Shown here piece after piece: positions 31,624-40,744 of a DNA stretch of 64,000 nucleotides. The notes under the pieces are model-generated. The model worked only from the letters and a program-made list of their open reading frames with translations. It made no database searches and was not told where the DNA came from. The stretch's first letter is position 1. Each line of letters begins with the position of its first letter. Made by a program: the position numbers and the translations under genes. This DNA comes from Terriglobia bacterium (lineage in GTDB: Bacteria; Acidobacteriota; Terriglobia; 20CM-2-55-15), in NCBI GenBank assembly GCA_965218585.1, contig CBDCLE010000009.1, forward strand, positions 1 through 64,000. Direction: 5' to 3'.

Positions 31624-32493
31624 ATGAATCGGTATAAGCGAAGTGTGTCGGCTTTGACCTTTCCGATGGTCGGCGTCCTTGTTCTGGTTGCTGCCGCCAT
31701 GACGACTGATGCCTGGGGGCAGCGTGGCGCGGGTGGTCCGGTTGGAGGTACGGCCCAGGTGCGGGCGCCGTTCGATGTGACCGGTTACTGGGTGACGGCG
31801 ATAACTGAAGACTGGCGCGTGAGGATGATCACACCTCAACGCGGAGATTTTCTTGGACTGCCTCTGAATGAGGCGGGTATCGAGCTGGCGAACGCGTGGG
31901 ACCCGGAAGCCGATATGGCGAACGGTGACGAGTGCCGGGCTTTCGGTGCCGCGGCTATCATGAGAAGCCCCACGCGAATACACGTCACCTGGGAGGACGA
32001 GAACACGCTCCGGTTTGAGTTCGACCATGGAGATCAGACCCGCATGGTCTATTTCGATCAGTCGATGTTACCGGGCGAGCGTTCCTACCAGGGCCACGCC
32101 ACCGCCGAGTGGATCGATACGCGCGTGCCAGCCCGTGGGGGATTCGCCGGCCGCGGCGGTGGATTTCCGGATGTCGAGCCGGGTTCAGGTCCCCCGAGAC
32201 CGGGCGGCTTGGAGGTCGTCACGACGAACCTGCTACACCAGTATCACCGGCAGAATGGAACACCGGTCAGCGAGAATGCCGTTGTGACCGATCAGATCGA
32301 TCTTGTTGCCGGACCGGCCAATCAGGACTGGCTGATCGTCAAGACCATCATCGAGGATCCTCAATACATGTTTTCTCCGATGGTCACCAGCGCGCAGTTC
32401 AAACGGGAGTCCGACGATTCCAACTGGAACCCGCAACCCTGTCAGGTCGAACTGCCGTTCGAATCAAGGCTTCCGAACCTGAGGCTCAACTAG
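31624..32493 (+). CDS. Secreted hypothetical protein, family C copy 4
   Basis: Family C motifs. Confidence 0.88.
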   Translation: MNRYKRSVSALTFPMVGVLVLVAAAMTTDAWGQRGAGGPVGGTAQVRAPFDVTGYWVTAITEDWRVRMITPQRGDFLGLPLNEAGIELANAWDPEADMANGDECRAFGAAAIMRSPTRIHVTWEDENTLRFEFDHGDQTRMVYFDQSMLPGERSYQGHATAEWIDTRVPARGGFAGRGGGFPDVEPGSGPPRPGGLEVVTTNLLHQYHRQNGTPVSENAVVTDQIDLVAGPANQDWLIVKTIIEDPQYMFSPMVTSAQFKRESDDSNWNPQPCQVELPFESRLPNLRLN

Positions 32494-32510
32494 CAGAACC
32501 GTCACTTCCT

Positions 32511-32575
32511 CTGTAGGTGCGGTCTATGGCCGCACAAAAAAAAGAGATGGGCGTTCATAGAGCGCCCCCCCAGTT
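32511..32575. repeat. REP doublet (REPIN-like), degenerate
   Basis: CTGTAGGTGCGGTCTATGGCCGCAC plus inverted partner GGGCGTTCATAGAGCGCCCC..CAG. Confidence 0.7.
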
Positions 32576-32604
32576 CATGCTGACTGTCCGTTAGGAGAAT
32601 AACG

Positions 32605-33528
32605 ATGCGTATGGCGAGGCTGATCGGACTCGTTGGGCTGTCCGTTCTGGTCCTGGCTGGAATGGGGTCCCCGAGTGAGGCTTCGGCTCAGGCCGTCATC
32701 GATTTTTCGGGCGAGTGGCTGGACAACTCGTTTGAATCGGACGATCGGGGAGGTCCGCCCCGGCTGGGCTTGATTGCGAATGGCTACGACTCGCTGCCGG
32801 GCAACCTCCTGGGGTTACCCTATAACGACGCCGGACGACAGAAGGCCGCCACCTCGGACATGGCCATCTACTCCCATCCGGCCTGGATATTCCGGCCCCA
32901 CCCGATCCAGTATTCCATGCGTGGTTTTGGCCTCGGCAGCTGGAGGATGATCAAGGAAATCGATCCCGAAACGGGGCGTCTCTTAGCGTATCGTGTGACC
33001 GGAGGATACAACCTGGACCGCCTTATCTGGATGGACGGCCGTGAGCGCCCGCCCGACTATGCCGAGCATACGTACACCGGCTTTTCCACCGGCCGGTTCG
33101 AGCGCGACATGCTGGTCGTGACGACCACGCACATCAAACATGGGTACCACAGGCGAAACGGGTCTCCGGCCAGCGACCAGACGAGGATGACGGAATACTT
33201 CATTCGTCACGGCGATCGGATGACGCATGTTCAGTTCACTGAGGATCCGATTTATCTCGAGGAGCCGCTCGTCCGCACGACGGATCACATTTTTGCGCCA
33301 ACGCGTCAAGCCGGTACATTTCGTGCCCGCAGCCTCTGGAACACCGGCGAAGAAGTCATGTGGGACGAGGGCTACCTTCCGCACTATACCCTGGGCACTC
33401 CTCACACGCAGATCTCAGATTGGCTCGGGATCCCCTATGAAACAACGTGGGGAGGCAGCGAAACGCTTTATCCCGAATACCGGGAAAAGCTGAGGCAGCT
33501 GATGAGCGAGTCCGGAGGGGCAAGGTAG
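32605..33528 (+). CDS. Secreted hypothetical protein, family A copy 5
   Basis: Family A motifs; AGGAG RBS. Confidence 0.9.
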   Translation: MRMARLIGLVGLSVLVLAGMGSPSEASAQAVIDFSGEWLDNSFESDDRGGPPRLGLIANGYDSLPGNLLGLPYNDAGRQKAATSDMAIYSHPAWIFRPHPIQYSMRGFGLGSWRMIKEIDPETGRLLAYRVTGGYNLDRLIWMDGRERPPDYAEHTYTGFSTGRFERDMLVVTTTHIKHGYHRRNGSPASDQTRMTEYFIRHGDRMTHVQFTEDPIYLEEPLVRTTDHIFAPTRQAGTFRARSLWNTGEEVMWDEGYLPHYTLGTPHTQISDWLGIPYETTWGGSETLYPEYREKLRQLMSESGGAR

Positions 33529-33536
33529 CGGGCTTG

Positions 33537-33565
33537 TGTAGGTGCGGTCTATGACCGCACCTACA
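33537..33565. repeat. Collapsed palindromic REP
   Basis: TGTAGGTGCGGTC-TAT-GACCGCACCTACA. Confidence 0.8.
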
Positions 33566-33597
33566 GTTGTGTTGACTCGTCCGGGAGGAGAACAGCG

Positions 33598-34515
33598 ATG
33601 CATATCGTGAAGGTGATTGGACTCTTCGGGCTGTCCCTTGTTGTCATGATTGGAATGGGGCCAGGCACTGAGGCCTCGGCTCAGGGGATCATCGATTTTT
33701 CGGGAGAATGGCTGGACTATTCGTTTGAGGAAGACGATCGGGGAGGACCGCCGAGATTGGGTCGAACCGCGGGTGGAGTTGACTCGCTGCCCGGCAACTA
33801 CCTGGGGTTGCCTTACAATGATGCCGGACGCCGGAAGGGCAACGCCATGGACATTTCCATTTATTCCCATCCGGCCTGGATGTTCCGACCGCACCCGATC
33901 CAGTATTCCATGCGCGGTTTCGGCCCCGGTGCGAGTTGGAGGATGATCAAGGAAATCGATCCGGAAACGGGGCGTCTCTTAGCGTATCGTGTGACCGGGG
34001 GATACAACCTGGACCGCCTGATCTGGATGGACGGCCGCCCGCATCCCCCGGACTATACCGAGCACACGTACAGCGGCTTTTCCACGGGACGGTTCGAGCG
34101 GGACATGCTGGTCGTGAGGACAACGCACATCAAACATGGATACCACAAACGGAATGGAGCCCCGGCCAGCGACCAGGTGACTCTGACGGAGTATTTCATC
34201 CGCCACGGCGACCGGATGACGCACGTTCAGTTTACCGAGGACCCGATCTACTTCGAGGAGCCTCTGATCCGCACGACCGATCACATCTTGGCGCCGACGC
34301 GTCAGGCTGGAACTGTGCGTTCCCGCAGAAACCTCTGGAACGCACCCGAAGAAGTCCTCTGGGAAGACGGCTACCTTCCGCATTATCCATTGGGTACGAG
34401 CCACACGCAGATCTCGGACTTTCTCGGGCTTCCCGTTGAAACGACGGGAGGAGGAAGCAAAACACTCTATCCCGAATACCGGGAACAGCTAAGGCAGGTG
34501 ATGAGTGAACCTTAA
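33598..34515 (+). CDS. Secreted hypothetical protein, family A copy 6
   Basis: Family A motifs; GGAGGAG RBS. Confidence 0.9.
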   Translation: MHIVKVIGLFGLSLVVMIGMGPGTEASAQGIIDFSGEWLDYSFEEDDRGGPPRLGRTAGGVDSLPGNYLGLPYNDAGRRKGNAMDISIYSHPAWMFRPHPIQYSMRGFGPGASWRMIKEIDPETGRLLAYRVTGGYNLDRLIWMDGRPHPPDYTEHTYSGFSTGRFERDMLVVRTTHIKHGYHKRNGAPASDQVTLTEYFIRHGDRMTHVQFTEDPIYFEEPLIRTTDHILAPTRQAGTVRSRRNLWNAPEEVLWEDGYLPHYPLGTSHTQISDFLGLPVETTGGGSKTLYPEYREQLRQVMSEP

Positions 34516-34544
34516 GGTGCCAGGTAGTCGATCCGGAAATGAAT

Positions 34545-34574
34545 AGGGCCGCAGGAGGCTTCCTGCGGCCTTTT
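34545..34574 (+). terminator. Rho-independent terminator
   Basis: GGCCGCAGGA-GGCT-TCCTGCGGCCTTTT. Confidence 0.75.
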
Positions 34575-34581
34575 CTCTTGT

Positions 34582-34640
34582 CTGTAGGTGCGGTCTATGA
34601 CCGCACGAATAGATCGGACGCTTATAGAGCGCCCCTACAG
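34582..34640. repeat. REP doublet (REPIN-like)
   Basis: CTGTAGGTGCGGTCTATGACCGCAC...GGACGCTTATAGAGCGCCCCTACAG. Confidence 0.8.
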
Positions 34641-34669
34641 TTGTTGATTTGTCTGGGAGGAGAAACACG

Positions 34670-35626
34670 ATGCATGTCGTGAAGGTGATTGGACTGGTTG
34701 GGCTATCCGTTCTTGTCCTGACCGGAATGGGGACAGCCAGTGAGGCTTCAGCTCAGGGGATCATCGATTTTTCGGGTGAGTGGCTCGACAATTCGTTCGA
34801 ATCGGACGATCGCGGAGGACCCCCGCGGCTCGGCTCGTTTGGATCGCGGGACGTCACCCGAGGTGGGGACGGGGTCGATGCGCTGCCGGGCAACTATCTG
34901 GGGATACCTTACAACGATGCCGGACGGCGAAAGGCCGCTGCCATGGACATGTCCATCTACTCCCATCCAGCCTGGATGTTCCGGCCGCACCCGATTCAAT
35001 ACTCCATGCGCGCTTTTGGCCCCGGTGCGAGTTGGAGGATGATCAAGGACGTCGATCCGGAAACAGGCGGTCTCGTTGCGTATCGCGTCACCGGGGGATA
35101 CAACCTGGACCGTATTATCTGGATGGACGGCCGTGGGCATCCTCCTGCTTACGCCGAGCATACGTACGACGGCTTCTCCACCGGCCGGTTCGAGCGGGAC
35201 ATGCTGGTCGTGACCACGACACATATAAAACATGGGTATCACAGGCGAAACGGGTCTCCCGCGAGTGACCAGGTTACGCTGACTGAATACTTCATTCGTC
35301 ACGGCGACCAGATGACGCACGTTCAGTTCACTGAGGACCCGGTTTATTTCGAGGAACCGTTCGTTCGTACGACCGATCACATATTGATGCCAACCCGGCA
35401 TGCCGGGGTGTTTCGTGCGCGCAACCTGTGGAACGTCGCCGAAGAGGTCTTGTGGGAAGAGGGCTACCTTCCGCACTATCCTCTGGGAACCCGTCACACG
35501 CAGACTTCGGATTTTCTCGGGATTCCCGTTGAAACGACAGGGGGAGGCAGCGAGACGCTCTATCCCGAATACCGGGAAAAGCTGAGAGAGTTGATGAGTG
35601 AGCCTGATACTGTGGACCTGAGATAG
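34670..35626 (+). CDS. Secreted hypothetical protein, family A copy 7
   Basis: Family A motifs; GGAGGAG RBS. Confidence 0.9.
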   Translation: MHVVKVIGLVGLSVLVLTGMGTASEASAQGIIDFSGEWLDNSFESDDRGGPPRLGSFGSRDVTRGGDGVDALPGNYLGIPYNDAGRRKAAAMDMSIYSHPAWMFRPHPIQYSMRAFGPGASWRMIKDVDPETGGLVAYRVTGGYNLDRIIWMDGRGHPPAYAEHTYDGFSTGRFERDMLVVTTTHIKHGYHRRNGSPASDQVTLTEYFIRHGDQMTHVQFTEDPVYFEEPFVRTTDHILMPTRHAGVFRARNLWNVAEEVLWEEGYLPHYPLGTRHTQTSDFLGIPVETTGGGSETLYPEYREKLRELMSEPDTVDLR

Positions 35627-35646
35627 AAGAACGATCACACCGCAAG

Positions 35647-35685
35647 AAAAAGGGCTGCGGGTTAGTTCTCTGCGGTCCTTTTTTT
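35647..35685 (+). terminator. Rho-independent terminator
   Basis: AAAAAGGGCTGCGG...CTGCGGTCCTTTTTTT. Confidence 0.7.
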
Positions 35686-35937
35686 GCTTTCTGTTGGGAA
35701 GCAGTTGCCAAAACAACGGTCAATTCGCTTGACGTACGGTACGTACGGCGGTACACGTACTCCAGGTATCTGAAGAAAGCCGGATTGCTTAAAGAAATTC
35801 CATGTAAGAAGCAAGACTCTGCCGCTCAACGATCTTGTGAGTGTGAGTGGGTTGCTCTCTGCTGGCCTTATTGAACATGACCAGACACGCTCATGTTGCG
35901 TATTGTGTGGCGTATCCTTTCACTGCCTGACGGAGTA

Positions 35938-36861
35938 ATGATCATGCGTATTGGAACTGTAATGGGCCTTGTAGCGTTCTCTTTTCTCATTGTCATGACG
36001 ATGGGTTCGAACACGCCGGTGTTTGGCCAGGTGGTCGATTTTTCTGGAGAGTGGCTGGACAACTCGTTTGAAGAAGACGATCGCGGAGGACCCGCTACGG
36101 CTGCCTCGAGAGCTTCGTCGAGAGTGCTTTCCGACGGGATGATCGGCAATTACCTGGGGATCCCGTACAACGATGCCGGGCGTCAGAAGGGCGCCAGTTA
36201 TTCCCTGTCCATGTTCAGCCATCCTGCGGTCAAGTTTCGGCCCCACACGATGCAGTATTCCATGCGAGGCGTGATCGGCAATTGGAGGATGTCGAAGGTT
36301 GTGGACCCGGTAACAAAGGTGCTGGTTGCCTACAGGATAGAAGGGGGCTACAACCTGGATCGCACGATCTGGATGGACGGCCGGGGGCACCCACCCGACT
36401 ACGCCGAGCACAGCTATGTCGGTTTCTCGACTGGTCGGTATGAGCGCGGCATGCTGGTGGTGACAACCACACACATGAAGTTCGGGACACACAAGCGCAA
36501 CGGCGCCCCGGCCAGTTCCGAGGCGACGCTGACGGAATACTTTATCCGCCACGGCGACCGGCTAACGCATGTCCAGCTCACCGACGATCCGTCCTACCTG
36601 GAAGAACCCTACATCCGGACGACGGATCACATACTGGCTGTCGGTAGGCACGCTCGGGGAAACCAAAGGAACCTCTGGAACACGAGCGAAGAAGTTGCAT
36701 GGGAGGATGAGTATCTGCCTCACTTCCCCCTCGGGACCCGCCATACTGATCTGGCAGATATGCTCGGGATTCCGTTCGAAACGACGCAAGGCGGGAGTGA
36801 GACGCTTTATCCCGAATACCGGACCAAGCTCCGGGAGATGGTCAACGAGAGGGTGCGTTAA
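35938..36861 (+). CDS. Secreted hypothetical protein, family A copy 8
   Basis: Family A motifs; GGAG RBS before ATG 35938. Confidence 0.9.
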   Translation: MIMRIGTVMGLVAFSFLIVMTMGSNTPVFGQVVDFSGEWLDNSFEEDDRGGPATAASRASSRVLSDGMIGNYLGIPYNDAGRQKGASYSLSMFSHPAVKFRPHTMQYSMRGVIGNWRMSKVVDPVTKVLVAYRIEGGYNLDRTIWMDGRGHPPDYAEHSYVGFSTGRYERGMLVVTTTHMKFGTHKRNGAPASSEATLTEYFIRHGDRLTHVQLTDDPSYLEEPYIRTTDHILAVGRHARGNQRNLWNTSEEVAWEDEYLPHFPLGTRHTDLADMLGIPFETTQGGSETLYPEYRTKLREMVNERVR

Positions 36862-36867
36862 AGCCTG

Positions 36868-37910
36868 ATGGAGCGAGGAATGGGTCGAAACTCGGTAGCG
36901 AAATCGGGACCTGGCATCGTAGCGCTGACCTTCGCCCTGTCCTTCATGCTCAGCCTGCCTGCGCCATCCGACGCGCGGCAAAACCACCCCAGTCTGGCGT
37001 ACGACGCTGCTACTCCGATTCACGTCATGCATGTGAGGGCAACGTGTACATGTTGGTTGTCGGCGGTGCCGATGGAGTTAACATCGCAGCGCAAGTTGGG
37101 GATCAAGGCATTTTTCTGGTGGATTCGGGCCCAGCGGTGCTCGCAGACAAACTGCTTCAGACCCTTCGGGAAGAGTTCGGTGACAAGCCGGTCCGTTTTC
37201 TGATCAACACTCATTCCCATGCCGACCACGCGGGGGGGAATCTGGCCCTTGCGGAAACCTTCGGTACAGAGCTCAACAACATTCCCGGTAATCCATTGCC
37301 GGGTGTCGGTATCGATTCCCATGAAAACACGCTCAACAGGTTGAGCGGTTACACGGACGACCAGCGGGACGTGATTCCGATCGACGCTGCACCCGGTGTG
37401 TCTTTTTATACGGAAAGGATGGATTTCTTTCTCAACGGTGAGCCCATCGTCGCCTTCTCAGCTCCTTCGGCCCACACCGACGGAGACGTGATGGTGTGGT
37501 TTCGAAGTTCTGATGTTCTGGCTGCGGGTGACGTATTTGTGATGGGAAACTACCCCGTCCTCGATGCTTCACGCGGCGGAAGCCTGGGTGGTCTGATCAG
37601 TGCCGCTGACCACATTGTCGACGACATTGCGGTCGCTGAGGTCTATGCCAGTTTCGGAACCCGGATCATTCCAGGACACGGTCGCTTGACGAACGAAAGC
37701 GAAGTTCTGGATTACCAACTCATGCTGACTGTGATTCGAGACCGCGTCCAGGACATGGTTGATCAGGAGATGAGTCTGGACGAGATCAAGGCCGCGCGGC
37801 CGACTTTGGATTACGATGCAGTCTACGGCAGGAACAAGCCGTTCTGGACACCGGAAATGTTTCTCGAAGCCGTCTATGAAGATGCGGTTAGGAACCGCCA
37901 AGCAGATTAA
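36868..37910 (+). pseudogene. MBL-fold metallo-hydrolase, copy 5, split by a -1 G-homopolymer frameshift
   Basis: GTGAGGGCAACGTG near 37037; adding one G gives HVRGNVYM as in the paralogues; THSHADH, AHTDGD, PGHG intact. Confidence 0.8.
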
Positions 37911-37958
37911 AGATCATCAAGTTTGAACCTTTTTCTTTCGTAAAGGAGGAAAACGAGA

Positions 37959-38360
37959 ATGAATCGTATCGTTGTTCTGATCGCTGTTGCGGTCGTGCTG
38001 GTTTGGACGGCGAGTGCATACTCCCACCATTCGGCGTCCGCCGTCTATGACGTTTTGGACGAGATGGAGATCCAGGGCGAAATCGTCCAGGTCTCGCTTC
38101 GGAATCCTCATTCCGCAGTCTTTGTGGAGGCGCCGGACGAGAACGGAGAAATGACGCGTTGGGGTGTTTCCTGGGGCGCGGCTACACGGTTGAGGGCTCA
38201 GGGAGGCGACAACTTCCGAGTGGGAGACCAGGTGGTGGTTACCGGTAACCCGGGACGCAATGCCGCGGATCACAGATTGCTCATGATTTCCATCGTCCGT
38301 CCGTCGGACGGATTGAGCTGGGGCCTCGAAGCGGGACAGGAAATCCAAGGCGCCCGGTAG
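37959..38360 (+). CDS. DUF6152-like secreted protein (family D), copy 3
   Basis: AYS|HHS, RNPHS, WGVSWG, GNPGR; AAGGAGG RBS. Confidence 0.8.
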   Translation: MNRIVVLIAVAVVLVWTASAYSHHSASAVYDVLDEMEIQGEIVQVSLRNPHSAVFVEAPDENGEMTRWGVSWGAATRLRAQGGDNFRVGDQVVVTGNPGRNAADHRLLMISIVRPSDGLSWGLEAGQEIQGAR

Positions 38361-38373
38361 GGGAAGACGCAGC

Positions 38374-39246
38374 ATGAATGGGCGAATACAGTCGAAACGT
38401 AAAGGTGAGTTGTCTCGAGTGGCCATCGCAACAGGACTTTTCCTTGCGCTTGGCATGTGGTCGACAACTGTAGATGTTCTGGCACAGCGTAGGGTTCCCC
38501 TAACGCCTCAGGCAATGGCCCCGGTTGATGTAACCGGTTACTGGGTTACAGCGATAACCGAGGACTGGCGGGTGCGCATGATGACTCCCCAACGGGGAGA
38601 TTTTCTAGGGCTTCCGCTCAATCAGGCAGGCATCGACCTTGCGAACGGCTGGGATCCGGACGCGGACATAGCGAATGGGAACGAATGCAGAGCGTTCGGA
38701 GCCGCCGGCATCATGCGAAGTCCCACTCGGATCCACATCATCTGGGAGGCCGAGAACACGCTTCGAATGGAATTCGATCATGGCCAACAGACGCGCCTGG
38801 TTTACTTCGATCAATCGACGCCTGCGGGTGAACGTTCGTGGCAAGGCCACGCTCTGGGCGAATGGGTCGACATGACACCGCCCGGAGGCGCCGGCCGTGG
38901 CAGAGGCGGTCGCGGTGGAGGTGGCGACGGTGCCGGCATTGGTTTCGGAAGACCTGGAGCTTTGCAGGTCGTTACGACTAACCTGCTGCATCAGTATCAC
39001 CGTCAGAATGGGACCCCCGTCAGCGAGAACGCGATCGTCACCGACATAATCGATCTTATTCCGGGTCTGGGCGGGGGAGAATGGCTGATCGTGAAAACGA
39101 TGATCGACGATCCCGAGTATATGTTCTCTCAGATGGTGACCAGTTCGCAGTTCAAGCGGGAGCCGGACGATTCCAAATGGGATCCGCAACCCTGTGCGGT
39201 TGAACTGCTTTTCGAGTCGCGCCTTCCGAATCTGAGACTTGACTAG
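38374..39246 (+). CDS. Secreted hypothetical protein, family C copy 5
   Basis: Family C motifs; closest to copy 4. Confidence 0.88.
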   Translation: MNGRIQSKRKGELSRVAIATGLFLALGMWSTTVDVLAQRRVPLTPQAMAPVDVTGYWVTAITEDWRVRMMTPQRGDFLGLPLNQAGIDLANGWDPDADIANGNECRAFGAAGIMRSPTRIHIIWEAENTLRMEFDHGQQTRLVYFDQSTPAGERSWQGHALGEWVDMTPPGGAGRGRGGRGGGGDGAGIGFGRPGALQVVTTNLLHQYHRQNGTPVSENAIVTDIIDLIPGLGGGEWLIVKTMIDDPEYMFSQMVTSSQFKREPDDSKWDPQPCAVELLFESRLPNLRLD

Positions 39247-39269
39247 AGAACATCCGGAGAAGGTAGCAG

Positions 39270-39322
39270 GGGCCGCGGGTGACTCTCCCGCGGCCCTTTC
39301 CATTCCTGTAGGTGCGGTCTAT
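39270..39322 (+). terminator. Terminator hairpin followed by a truncated REP
   Basis: GGGCCGCGGG-TGACTCT-CCCGCGGCCCTTT, then CTGTAGGTGCGGTCTAT at 39306. Confidence 0.65.
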
Positions 39323-39431
39323 TAGCGTTCATATGGCCAGGCGCGGACACAGAGCAGAGGAAAAATTATTGATTGTCGAGGGCCTCTTATAACATCCTCG
39401 ATGGGCGATTATTTCGTTTGAGGTTGTCTGA

Positions 39432-40091
39432 ATGAACGGTATCCATGATGTTGGCGGCATGACCTGCTTCGGGCCGGTCCTCCACGAAGAGAACGAGCCC
39501 GTGTTTCATGCCCCCTGGGAACGGAGTGTCTTCGCCCTGAACATTGCGGCGGTTGCCTTCTACGGTCCGGTGGACCGGGCCCGGCATGCAATCGAACGCA
39601 TGGATCCGGTGCGCTATCTTTCCCTGAGCTACTACGAGAAGTGGATGGGACAGATCGAGACGCTCGCAGCAGAGTTCGGCGTTCTGACACCGGAGGAGAT
39701 CGAAACCGGGGTTTCGTCTTCACCCGGCCCCGAATTCTCGGCACCTGACGCCGAACACATCGAGCACGTGGTTCACCAGGGGATACCGGGAACCCGCGAC
39801 GACGGCCGGCAGGTTCCCGTCTTTCAGGTCGGGGACACGGTTCGTGCGAAGAACATCCAGCCCGAAGGCCATACCCGCCTACCCCGCTACATCCGTGGTC
39901 ATGCCGGTATTGTCGACAGGATTCACGGCACGTTCGGGTTTGCGGACACCTTGGCCCACGATAGGGGAGACAATCCGCAGCCCCTCTACAGCGTTCGGTT
40001 TGCCGCCACCGAATTGTGGGGCGAAGGTTATCCACCGAAAGACCATGTCTACATCGACCTTTTTGAAGATTATCTGGAACAGCCGGACTGA
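39432..40091 (+). CDS. nthB: Nitrile hydratase beta subunit
   Basis: MNGIHDVGGM, EPVFHAPWE, RHAIERM, SYYEKW, GHTRLPRYIRG, YSVRF-A-ELWG. Confidence 0.96.
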   Translation: MNGIHDVGGMTCFGPVLHEENEPVFHAPWERSVFALNIAAVAFYGPVDRARHAIERMDPVRYLSLSYYEKWMGQIETLAAEFGVLTPEEIETGVSSSPGPEFSAPDAEHIEHVVHQGIPGTRDDGRQVPVFQVGDTVRAKNIQPEGHTRLPRYIRGHAGIVDRIHGTFGFADTLAHDRGDNPQPLYSVRFAATELWGEGYPPKDHVYIDLFEDYLEQPD

Positions 40092-40099
40092 AACAAATC

Positions 40100-40744
40100 A
40101 TGAGCGACCACAAACATCCGCACGATGCCCCGCCCAATCCCTATTTCCAAAGCCATCGGAGCGAACAGGACGACGAAGCGCTGACCGCCCGCGTTCGGAA
40201 GATCGAACAGGTCCTGATCGAGAAGGGCGTCGTCAAGAAAGACACACTGCGAAAGCTTGCCGATATCTATGAGAACGATCTGGGTCCCATGAACGGGGCT
40301 CGGGTCGTGGCGCGCGCGTGGGTCGATCCCGATTTCAAGAAAAGGTTGCTCGAAGATGGAACAGCCGGGATCCGGGAGCTCGGATATGGAGGCCTGGATG
40401 GCGAACATATGGTCGTCGTCGAAAACACGCCAGAGGTGCATAACGTAGTGGTCTGCACCTTGTGCTCCTGCTATCCCTGGCCTGTGCTCGGGCTGCCACC
40501 GACCTGGTATAAGAGCGCAGCCTACCGTTCCAAGGTGGTCATCGATCCCAGGAGCGTGTTGAACGACTTCGGGACGACACTCGACGAAGGCGTCGAAGTG
40601 CGCGTGTGGGATAGCAGCGCCGACGTGCGATATATCGTGTTGCCGGAACGGCCAGCGGATACCGATGGAATGACCGAAGAACAGCTCGTCGATATTGTGA
40701 ACCGCGACAGCATGATCGGCGTGACGAAGGTGCAGATCCAGTGA
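40100..40744 (+). CDS. nthA: Nitrile hydratase alpha subunit, cobalt type
   Basis: GARVVARAWVDP, VVCTLCSCYPWPVLG (Thr/Tyr indicate Co type), VRVWDS, VLPERP. Confidence 0.97.
   Translation: MSDHKHPHDAPPNPYFQSHRSEQDDEALTARVRKIEQVLIEKGVVKKDTLRKLADIYENDLGPMNGARVVARAWVDPDFKKRLLEDGTAGIRELGYGGLDGEHMVVVENTPEVHNVVVCTLCSCYPWPVLGLPPTWYKSAAYRSKVVIDPRSVLNDFGTTLDEGVEVRVWDSSADVRYIVLPERPADTDGMTEEQLVDIVNRDSMIGVTKVQIQ

Noticed and set aside
16953-37910. MBL-fold genes as antibiotic-resistance beta-lactamases
   Set aside because: The HxHxDH...H...D...H pattern is the general hydrolase type and the genes are embedded in fixed operons; nothing supports a resistance role.
15978-39246. Diversity-generating retroelement behind the variable paralogues
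   Set aside because: No reverse transcriptase or TR/VR pair in the window; variation includes indels and synonymous changes rather than adenine-only changes.
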